Origin: Anaerolineae bacterium
GTDB lineage: Bacteria; Chloroflexota; Anaerolineae; Aggregatilineales; Phototrophicaceae
Direction: 5' to 3'
Length of the DNA: 64,000 nucleotides
NCBI GenBank assembly: GCA_022820665.1
Contig: JAJEFB010000004.1
Span: forward strand, 60,870 to 124,869
Shown here: piece after piece, positions 49,108 through 56,513 of the stretch
Layout of the letters: every line of letters starts with the position of its first letter
How positions within the stretch are numbered: the stretch's first letter is position 1
Program-made: the position numbers and the translations under genes
Notes under the pieces: model-generated
What the model saw: the letters and a program-made list of their open reading frames with translations, nothing else
Database searches by the model: none
What the model was told of the DNA's origin: nothing

Positions 49108-50081
49108 TCATTGATTGCCAGAGCCACGTTTTCCCCCGAGCCTATGCCGAATTGCTCACGCTTAATAGCAATAGCCTGCGCGCAAGACGCGTCGACGATG
49201 GCGTCTACCTGATCAATTACGGCGATGCGCAGCGCTTCCGTCTCGACCTCGATAGCTACAGCGTCGACCGCAAACTGCGCGACATGGACGCCTCCGGCCT
49301 TGATATGAGCGTGATCAGCGTCAATATCCCCAGTCCCGATATGCTGGACCCCGATCTGGCAAGCGAAGGCGCGCGCGTCTGCAACGATGCCCTGGCTGAG
49401 CTATGCGCGGGGCATCCCGACCGCTTTGTTGGCTTGGCCAGCCTGCCCCTCAATGATGTGCCGGCCGCCATTGCCGAATTGGACCGCGCCGTCGACGAAC
49501 TTGATCTGCGCGGCGTATTCTTGCCCTCGCATGTCAATGGCGCGCCGCTTGACGCGCCGCAATTTGAAGCCTTCTACGCGCATGTCGCCGGGCGGGGCGT
49601 ACCGCTGGTTTTGCACCCGACCGTGCCGGTCTGGGGCGAGGCGATCAAGGAACACAGCATGATCCCGATGGTGGGTTTTATGGTCGATACCTCTTTTGCC
49701 ATGCTGCGGCTGATCCTGGGCGGCGTCATGGAGCGGCATCCGACATTAAAAGTCCTGCACCCGCATGTCGGCGGCGTATTGCCCTATCTGATGGGGCGCG
49801 TGGTCGAGCAGACCGAGGTCAAGCGGCGCGGGCGCGATCACATCACGCAGTCCCCGCGCGAAACTTACAAGCGCGTCTACCTCGATCTCGTTTCGCCCGA
49901 TCCGCTGGCGATCCGCTACGCTTACGACTTCGCCGGCGCTGATCGGCTGCTCTTCGGCAGCGATCATCCCTGGGTCGGCATCGACGCCATTCTTGATATC
50001 GTTAAGGCGCTGCCTGCGCCCCCCGCAGACAAAGACAAGATGCTCGCAGGCAATGCGATGAGACTGTTTCGCATCACTTGA
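49104..50081 (+). CDS. Amidohydrolase-2 family (ACMSD-like metal-dependent hydrolase/decarboxylase)
   Basis: MIIDCQSHVFP... and ...LLFGSDHPW. ATG 49104 overlaps the upstream TGA (ATGA). Confidence 0.8.
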   Translation: MIIDCQSHVFPRAYAELLTLNSNSLRARRVDDGVYLINYGDAQRFRLDLDSYSVDRKLRDMDASGLDMSVISVNIPSPDMLDPDLASEGARVCNDALAELCAGHPDRFVGLASLPLNDVPAAIAELDRAVDELDLRGVFLPSHVNGAPLDAPQFEAFYAHVAGRGVPLVLHPTVPVWGEAIKEHSMIPMVGFMVDTSFAMLRLILGGVMERHPTLKVLHPHVGGVLPYLMGRVVEQTEVKRRGRDHITQSPRETYKRVYLDLVSPDPLAIRYAYDFAGADRLLFGSDHPWVGIDAILDIVKALPAPPADKDKMLAGNAMRLFRIT

Positions 50082-50290
50082 CCTTCGTCGGGAGTTGTAA
50101 ACATCGCGGAATTATTGTCACTTAGCGAAACCGCGCGGGTTTTTTCATCACCGGGGACACAAGTAGAACCAAGAATAGTGATGAACGTTTTGAGGACAGC
50201 TAAGGGAACAGGTTTTGGGCGACATGGCAGGTCGCGTAGGGCGCGTGGGTCGCGTAGACACTGACCGCCTGTCGCCCCTACGACCCGCCG

Positions 50291-50459
50291 CGCCCATGAA
50301 CACTCTCGTTGGACAACAACAACATACGTTGTCCAACGAGAGTGTGGGTTTAGTTTTGTAGCCTTTCCCTTCCTAGGGGATACAAAACTACAAAACTAAA
50401 TGGACGTCGGATCGGGCTTGCGATAAGTCTTGACATTGTGCCGACCCGTTTCCTCCGAC
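50291..50459. repeat. Repeat module copy A: hairpin 1 (50301-50344), hairpin 2 (50349-50400) and a ~60-nt 3-prime fragment of a wHTH gene
   Basis: About 90% identical by hand alignment to 54068-54235. Hairpin 1 is a perfect 17-bp stem, cactctcgttggacaac / gttgtccaacgagagtg. Hairpin 2 is a 13-bp stem, tttagttttgtag / ctacaaaactaaa. Confidence 0.85.
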
Positions 50460-50463
50460 GCTT

Positions 50464-50488
50464 GTAGGGGCGGGCAATCTGCCCGCCC
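50464..50488. repeat. 25-nt palindromic REP-like element (GTAGGGGCG family)
   Basis: gtaggggcgggcaatctgcccgccc. Confidence 0.7.
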
Positions 50489-50830
50489 GAAAACTCTGCG
50501 CCTCTGTGGTGAATCCTTGTCGCCCGCCGATGAAGCAACGGATTTCGACATGGTATGAGGGGCGACATGTTTTTTAACGACTAACTTGGAACTACTGAGT
50601 TTCTGTGCCTGGCGAATTTATCATAGTGTCGGAATTTATCGCTTCATTTGCGCGAAAATTGTGACTCGTCCCGCGAAAATGGTTACAATCTATTCTGACT
50701 GGGAGAGACAAGAACGCGGTTTCGCGTTGGTCCAGTCTCATATGCGATCGAGTTGATTTCGAAGGGCATCCGCTTTGAAGATGTCTGTTTGTACGCCATC
50801 TATTTGAATGAAGCGACATAGGAGAGAGCC

Positions 50831-52138
50831 ATGAAACTTTTTGATTACGCGGACTTTGTTGAAGGCTGGGACCTCACGATAAACCGCTATGCGACGCAAA
50901 AGGTCGAATTCGGCGCGCCCGGCGTCGCGGAAAAAGTCGCCGAAATCGAAGCGCTGCTCAAGCAAAAGATAGCGGAACTGGACGCGCTGCCCAACGACCC
51001 CGAGCTGGCGAAGGCGGAACCCGACGATCTGGCCTCAATCAAGGCGCTGCGCCCGCCCGGCCGCCGCCGCTTGACGACATCGCTCCCCGACAACTTCCGC
51101 GATCGCCTGGCAGGAGCCTGGCTCGCTCGCTGCGCTGGCTGTACGCTCGGCTCTATCGTCGAAGGCTGGAAAGTGGACCGCATGGAGCGCTGGGCTGCTT
51201 ACCTCGGCGACCCGTTCCCGCTGGTGGACTACTGGAGCCAGGCGGAACAACCGCATTTGCCACGCTTGAAGATGAGCGTGCGCCACGATTACACGCCCTC
51301 AAAGATGGACGGCGTGCCCAGCGATGACGACCTGAATTACACGCTGCTCGGTCTGCTGGTCCTGGAAGAATACGGACCCGATTTCACCGTCGAAGACGTG
51401 GGGGCGGCTTGGGTGAAATACCTGCCCTTCGCCTTCACTGCCGAGGGCATCGCGCTTGACAATCTGCGGGCGGGCTTGCCGGCGATGCAAGCGGGGGCGC
51501 TCAACAATCCCTGTCAGAATTGGATCGGCGCTGATATCCGCTCCGATCCCTGGGGTTATGCCGCGCCCGGCTGGCCAGAGAGAGCGGCGGAATTCGCCTG
51601 GCGCGACGCCACCATCAGCCACCGGCGCAACGGCGTCTACGCCGCCATGTTTTTCTCGGCGGCGATTTCGGCTGCCTTCGCCGTCGATGATCCGATGGAG
51701 GCTTTGAAAATCGGCTTGGAAGAGATACCCGCCGATTCCATTACGGCGCGTGAAATCCGCTGGGCGCTGGAGGTAGCGCCGTCTATCTCGGGTTACAAAG
51801 ATGCCGCCGCGCTGGTCGAGGAGCGTTATCCCGGTATGTGGAAGTCGCATTCCTTCCAGAATAACGCCTTGACGATCTGGGGCTTGGCGGTCGGCGGCGA
51901 TGACTGCACCAAAGTCATCGGCGAAACTGTTTCCATGGGCCAGGACAACGACTGCACCGCCGCCACCGCCGGCAGCATCTTCGGCGGCGTCTACGGGACG
52001 GATGCCATCCCCGAACACTGGACACGCAATTTCAACAACAAGATTCATTGCTACCTGAACGGGCATCCGAGTTTCGCCCTCGACTACGTGGTTGATCGCT
52101 TCGTCGCGCAGGCGGAAAGGGTCATTGCAGGTGATTAG
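50831..52138 (+). CDS. ADP-ribosylglycohydrolase-family protein with a ~90-aa N-terminal helical extension (ARH-A)
   Basis: 435 aa. C-terminal metal motif MGQDNDCTAATAGSIFGGVYG. The extension MKLFDYADFVEGWDLTINRYATQKVEFGAPGVAEKVAEIEALLKQK... has no family I recognise. Confidence 0.85.
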   Translation: MKLFDYADFVEGWDLTINRYATQKVEFGAPGVAEKVAEIEALLKQKIAELDALPNDPELAKAEPDDLASIKALRPPGRRRLTTSLPDNFRDRLAGAWLARCAGCTLGSIVEGWKVDRMERWAAYLGDPFPLVDYWSQAEQPHLPRLKMSVRHDYTPSKMDGVPSDDDLNYTLLGLLVLEEYGPDFTVEDVGAAWVKYLPFAFTAEGIALDNLRAGLPAMQAGALNNPCQNWIGADIRSDPWGYAAPGWPERAAEFAWRDATISHRRNGVYAAMFFSAAISAAFAVDDPMEALKIGLEEIPADSITAREIRWALEVAPSISGYKDAAALVEERYPGMWKSHSFQNNALTIWGLAVGGDDCTKVIGETVSMGQDNDCTAATAGSIFGGVYGTDAIPEHWTRNFNNKIHCYLNGHPSFALDYVVDRFVAQAERVIAGD

Positions 52139-52211
52139 GAGATTCACCACAGCCGCTCGCAATTCCGAGCTTGGCTGGCGCGAAATAAAAAGTTCACAAA
52201 TACGAGAATTT

Positions 52212-52236
52212 GTAGGGGCGACCAACCTGGTCGCCC
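52212..52236. repeat. 25-nt palindromic REP-like element (GTAGGGGCG family)
   Basis: gtaggggcgaccaacctggtcgccc, between the two ARH paralogs. Confidence 0.7.
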
Positions 52237-52295
52237 GTTGTGGCTGTAATCCGTATTTCCGCAATCAGTAATCAGACTTAAAACAGGAGAGAACC

Positions 52296-53603
52296 ATGCG
52301 ACTATTTGAGTATCCGGACAAAGTGGCGGCTTGGGAACGGATGATCAACGCCTACGCGCAGCAGAAGGTCGAATTCGGCGCCAGCGGCGTGGCGGAAAAA
52401 GTGGCGGAGATTGAAGCGCTGCTCAAGCAAAAGGTGGCGGAGTTGGACGCCTTGGCCAACGATGCCGCATTGGCAAAGGCGGAACCCGATGATCTCGAGA
52501 CGATCCGCAGCCTGCGCCCGGCGGGCAGCCGCCGGATCTGGACGAGCCTTTCGGAGGATTTCCGTGAGCGCCTGGAAGGGTCCTGGCTGGGGCGCTGCTC
52601 CGGCTGCACGCTCGGCTCGATCGTCGAAGGCTGGACCGTCGAGCGGATGGAGCAATGGGCGGAATACCTCGGCGACGAATACCCGCTGGTGGATTACTGG
52701 AGTCAGGCGGAACAACCTCATAATCGCAAGTACCAAACTAGCCTGCGCGAAGACTTCACGCCCGCAAAGATGGATGGCGTGCCCACCGATGACGATCTCA
52801 ACTACACGCTGCTCGGTCTGATGATCCTGGAAGAATACGGGACCGACTTCACTACCGATGAACTGGGCGAAGCCTGGATCAAATACCTGCCCTTCGCCTT
52901 CACTGCCGAAGGCATCGCCCTGGATAACTTGCGGAAGGGCATCCCGCCCATGCAAGCGGCTGAAGTCGACAATTGCTTTCTGAACTGGATCGGCGCCGAT
53001 ATCCGCTCGGATCCCTGGGGTTACGCCGCGCCCGGCTGGCCCGAGAAAGCGGCGGAATTCGCCTATCGCGATGCTTACGTCAGCCACCGGCGCAACGGCA
53101 TCTATGCCGCCATGTTTTTCTCGGCGGCGATTTCGGCCGCTTTCGCCGTTAATGATCCGGTCGAGGCTCTGCAAATCGGCTTGGAAGAGATACCAGCCGA
53201 CTGTCTTCTGGCGCGGGAAGTGCGCTGGGCGCTTGATATGGCGCCATCAATCGCGAACTATCGCGATGCCGCCGCCGCCATCGAGGAACGTTATCCGCAA
53301 ATGGGCGGGGCGCACGCCATCAACAACACCGTTCTCACCGTTTGGGGTTTGACCGTCGGCGGCGGCGACTACACAAAAGTCATCGGCGAAACCGTCGCCA
53401 TGGGCAAGGACAACGACTGCACCGCCGCCACCGCCGGCAGCATCTGGGGCGCAGTCTATGGCAAGAGCGCCATCCCCAAGCACTGGTACAAGAACTTCAA
53501 CAACAAGGTGCATACTTTCTTGTACCACCAATCGACCTTTGCCATTGACGACGTCTTGGATCGCTTTGTCGTCCAGGCGGAGAAAGTCATGGCGGGTGAT
53601 TAG
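52296..53603 (+). CDS. ADP-ribosylglycohydrolase-family protein, tandem paralog (ARH-B)
   Basis: Also 435 aa and colinear with ARH-A. 44/60 identical in the first 60 residues by hand count. MGKDNDCTAATAGSIWGAVYG. Confidence 0.85.
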   Translation: MRLFEYPDKVAAWERMINAYAQQKVEFGASGVAEKVAEIEALLKQKVAELDALANDAALAKAEPDDLETIRSLRPAGSRRIWTSLSEDFRERLEGSWLGRCSGCTLGSIVEGWTVERMEQWAEYLGDEYPLVDYWSQAEQPHNRKYQTSLREDFTPAKMDGVPTDDDLNYTLLGLMILEEYGTDFTTDELGEAWIKYLPFAFTAEGIALDNLRKGIPPMQAAEVDNCFLNWIGADIRSDPWGYAAPGWPEKAAEFAYRDAYVSHRRNGIYAAMFFSAAISAAFAVNDPVEALQIGLEEIPADCLLAREVRWALDMAPSIANYRDAAAAIEERYPQMGGAHAINNTVLTVWGLTVGGGDYTKVIGETVAMGKDNDCTAATAGSIWGAVYGKSAIPKHWYKNFNNKVHTFLYHQSTFAIDDVLDRFVVQAEKVMAGD

Positions 53604-53966
53604 CCTCCGATTTTCGAGGTAGATCAGCGGCATACCGCGAGCGCTATATGGCAAGGACGGAACGCGCTTTCGTGTCGAGATTGTAGGGCTTGTCCGGTAC
53701 TGGTAAAGTCGCATTCGCCTTTGATCTACCCCCCTCAATCCCCCCATAGCAATGGGGGGAAGCTAGTTTCGACGCTGCATCAACGCGAGTATTCTGATGT
53801 TGCAAGTGTCGATAGCTGCCGTTTTCAAGCGAGTTCGCGCTACGTTAGCTCCCCTTCCCTGATGCCTCGGGATACTTCCCCCGTGAGGCGGGGGACCGAG
53901 GGGGCACTGGGCCGGGGGATGGGGTAGAAAAAGCGCGGTTGCATGACCCAGTACCGGACAAGCCTT

Positions 53967-53991
53967 GTAGGGGCGGGCAATCCGCCCGCCC
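53967..53991. repeat. 25-nt palindromic REP-like element (GTAGGGGCG family)
   Basis: gtaggggcgggcaatccgcccgccc. One nt different from the 50464 copy. Confidence 0.7.
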
Positions 53992-54067
53992 GCCGATGAC
54001 GCGACAGGTCACATAGGCTGGCGGGCGACATGGTATGTCGCCCCTACGAGTTTCGACAGTAACGCCA

Positions 54068-54235
54068 CGCCCATGAACACTCCCACTGGACAACAACAAC
54101 AAAAGTTGTCCAGTGGGAGTGTGGGTTTAGTTTTGTAGCCTTTCCAATCCTAGGGAATACAAAACTACAAAACTAAATGGGCGTCAGATCGGGCTTGCGA
54201 TAGGTTTTGCGATTCTCGGGACCCTTTTCCTCGAC
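54068..54235. repeat. Repeat module copy B: hairpin 1 (54078-54121), hairpin 2 (54126-54177) and the 3-prime end of the intact wHTH gene
   Basis: Hairpin 1 is cactcccactggacaac / gttgtccagtgggagtg, again perfect. It differs from copy A at three stem positions, each compensated on the other arm. Confidence 0.85.
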
Positions 54236-54445
54236 CAGGGCTTCTTCGGCCACCAATTCTTTGATATACGGTGTACATTGCCAGCGGCTCAAACCGACAG
54301 CCTCCGCAATCGCTTCCTGGCTGTCATGCCCGGCTGCGACGGCAGCCATGATCTTGTCCTTGACGCGCGGCGCTGGCTCTGTCCTCGGACCCGTCTTGAC
54401 CGCGATGACGGGTGATATGGTCGGTCGCGTAGGGCGCGTGGACAC
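54173..54445 (-). CDS. Small winged-helix DNA-binding protein (MarR/ArsR-like wHTH), start uncertain
   Basis: ...KDKIMAAVAAGHDSQEAIAEAVGLSRWQCTPYIKELVAEEALVEEKG... The GTG start and first ~10 codons (STRPTRPT) lie in a REP-like repeat. The stop codon lies inside the hairpin 2 stem. Confidence 0.5.
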   Translation of the reverse strand: MSTRPTRPTISPVIAVKTGPRTEPAPRVKDKIMAAVAAGHDSQEAIAEAVGLSRWQCTPYIKELVAEEALVEEKGPENRKTYRKPDLTPI

Positions 54446-54532
54446 AGCCCTTCGACACTGACCGCCTTTCGCCCCTACAATTCTCGCGATGAAACTTGTA
54501 GGGGACGGGTCGAAGAGGGCTCAATTGCAAAT

Positions 54533-55825
54533 CTAAAAGACCCTCACCAATTGTTCGCGTTCGGGGCCGACGCTGACGCTCCTGATCGGAACGTCGCATA
54601 GCTCGGCGACGCGCTTGACATAGTATCTGGCGGCTTCTGGCAATTCCTCAAGCGCGCGGCAGCCGGTGATATCGTCTCGCCACCCGGGCAGAGTTTCATA
54701 GATGGGAACGGCGCATTCCAATTGTTCATTGGTCACCGGAGGATACTCGTGGCGTCGCCCGTCGATTTCATATGCCACCGCCAGTTTCAGTTCGTCAAAG
54801 CCGGACAGGATATCCATTTTTGTAAGCATCAATTCACTCAAGCCATTGACGCTGGCGGCATAACGCAGCATAACGACATCGAGCCAGCCGCAGCGACGCG
54901 GACGACCTGTCGTTGTGCCAAACTCATCCCAAAAGTTGGCGCCAGTGCCGCGCAAGCGATCCGCGATTTCCCCGTCCAACTCCGTTGGCATAGGACCGCC
55001 TCCAACCCGGGTGCTGAAAGCCTTGGCAACGCCGATCACGCGCTCGACAAACAGCGGACCGACCCCCAGTCCGGTCAAAGCGCCGCCGGCCGTGGGCGAT
55101 GAACTCGTGACGAAGGGATAACTGCCATGATCGATATCAAGCATGGTTCCCTGCGCCCCTTCACAGACGACTCGCTTGCCCGACTTCAAAGCCTTGTGCA
55201 GATAGATGGATACATCCTTGATATAAGGGCGCAGATAATCGGCTGCTTCCAGGTAGCTCTCCGCAGCCTCGATTGGATCCAAAGAAGCCAAACCTTGCTG
55301 CCGCAATTCGGCATTCGTGGCCGCAACGGCGACGCTCAGGCGCTCGGCAAAGACTTCGATATCGAGTAGCATATCGCCGGTCCTGATGCCGGCGCGGTTG
55401 GTCTTGTCCAGATAAGCGGGCCCGATGCCGCGCAGCGTCGTGCCGATCTTTTCGTCCCCCAGCGCGCGTTCCCGCGCTTTGTCCAGCTCAATATGGGCGG
55501 GCGTGATGATGTGTGCGCGGGAACTGATAACCAGGCGCTCCGGCGTGATGTCCAAGCCCTGATCTCTGAGAGATTGGATTTCTCGCAGCAGATTGACCGG
55601 ATTGATCACCATCCCGTTGCCCATGATGGAAACGACTTCGTCATGCAAAATGCCGGAGGGCACCAGGTGAAGTTTGTACACTTCACTGCCCAGCGCCACT
55701 GTATGTCCGGCGTTGTCTCCGCCGGCATAGCGCGCCACAATATCGGCGGACGAAGCCAGCCAGTCGACGGCGCGACCCTTGCCTTCGTCCCCCCACTGCG
55801 CTCCTATCAATATCGTAATTGGCAT
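54533..55825 (-). CDS. purA: Adenylosuccinate synthetase
   Basis: MPITILIGAQWGDEGKGRAVD... P-loop, 430 aa, colinear with PurA. Confidence 0.95.
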   Translation of the reverse strand: MPITILIGAQWGDEGKGRAVDWLASSADIVARYAGGDNAGHTVALGSEVYKLHLVPSGILHDEVVSIMGNGMVINPVNLLREIQSLRDQGLDITPERLVISSRAHIITPAHIELDKARERALGDEKIGTTLRGIGPAYLDKTNRAGIRTGDMLLDIEVFAERLSVAVAATNAELRQQGLASLDPIEAAESYLEAADYLRPYIKDVSIYLHKALKSGKRVVCEGAQGTMLDIDHGSYPFVTSSSPTAGGALTGLGVGPLFVERVIGVAKAFSTRVGGGPMPTELDGEIADRLRGTGANFWDEFGTTTGRPRRCGWLDVVMLRYAASVNGLSELMLTKMDILSGFDELKLAVAYEIDGRRHEYPPVTNEQLECAVPIYETLPGWRDDITGCRALEELPEAARYYVKRVAELCDVPIRSVSVGPEREQLVRVF

Positions 55826-55853
55826 CTTTCGCCTGCTTTTTCCTTATGGCTGA

Positions 55854-56513
55854 TCAAATGTCGGCTTGGCGCGACGGATCGCCCAAGCTAAAAGTGATCT
55901 GTTTGTCGCCCCAGGTTTCGATGTGTCCATCAGGACCCAGGACCAGAGCGGAACACTTATCAATTGCGACGCCCACTGCATCCGGTCGCTTTTGAAAGAC
56001 CAATTGCGCCGTCTCTGTTGCGAGGAAGCTGTTCACGTCAACCGCCACATAGACGTCTTCTACGAACTTTAACGCCCTGGCAACCTCCCCGGACGGGTCC
56101 AAATAATAAGAGCCGGCCAGCGTGGCGGCCAAGCCTTCAAACAAAACCAGCGCGCCATCTTGAAGCGCCTCTTTCATGGCATGCAGAACTGTCTGCGTCA
56201 TGAGTCGTCTTAAGCGGTGAATATCATCGCCGGCTTCTATGACGATCATGCCGGCGCCGCTCAAGCGTTCGTGGATTTCGTTATTATCCCGATCTTCCAG
56301 ATCAACCAGGTAACCTGAAGGCGCTCCCAATTCCGCCAGGTCGTCCATTAGCGCGTCGCCATAATCGTCCGCGAGCGAAATATAAGCGACCGCGCCGGAG
56401 GCGTTGCATCTACTCAAAGCCAGGGCGCGGATCTCGCTGTGAGGATCGGCGCTGCCAGAGAGCACCAGCCAGCCATAGGATTCCAGCCAGCGAATGGGAA
56501 GGCCGTCCAGCAT
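55854..56513 (-). CDS. Class I glutamine-amidotransferase-like / peptidase S51 (cyanophycinase)-like protein, tentative
   Basis: 219 aa. ...GWLVLSGS...MIVIEAGD...LVLFEGLAATLAG... resembles the S51 layout, but I could not identify a nucleophile Ser motif. Confidence 0.4.
   Translation of the reverse strand: MLDGLPIRWLESYGWLVLSGSADPHSEIRALALSRCNASGAVAYISLADDYGDALMDDLAELGAPSGYLVDLEDRDNNEIHERLSGAGMIVIEAGDDIHRLRRLMTQTVLHAMKEALQDGALVLFEGLAATLAGSYYLDPSGEVARALKFVEDVYVAVDVNSFLATETAQLVFQKRPDAVGVAIDKCSALVLGPDGHIETWGDKQITFSLGDPSRQADI

Noticed and set aside
50125-50148. Possible terminator after the amidohydrolase gene (gaaaccgcgcgggttttttc).
   Set aside because: Only about 5 bp of stem (AAACC/GGTTT) can form around a GC loop. 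That is too weak to call with confidence despite the T-run.
50291-50459. Hairpin module interpreted as an integron attC site, or as a simple intrinsic terminator of the wHTH gene.
   Set aside because: There is no integron integrase, attI or cassette array in the window, and I cannot identify the R/L core sites. There is no U-tract after either stem on the wHTH strand, so a canonical terminator is unsupported. The covariation is kept as a finding, with its function left open.
50148-50568. Small minus-strand ORFs (62 aa and 72 aa) in the spacer before ARH-A. One shares STRPTRPT with the N-terminus of the wHTH ORF.
   Set aside because: The shared peptide is just the translation of the REP-like repeat. 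These ORFs have no RBS and consist of repeat sequence.
50831-54445. ARH pair plus wHTH gene as a toxin-antitoxin or ADP-ribosylation-based defence module.
   Set aside because: No ADP-ribosyltransferase-like or other toxin candidate ORF is visible on either strand in the flanking 700-bp spacers. The idea stays speculative and is folded into the ARH finding.
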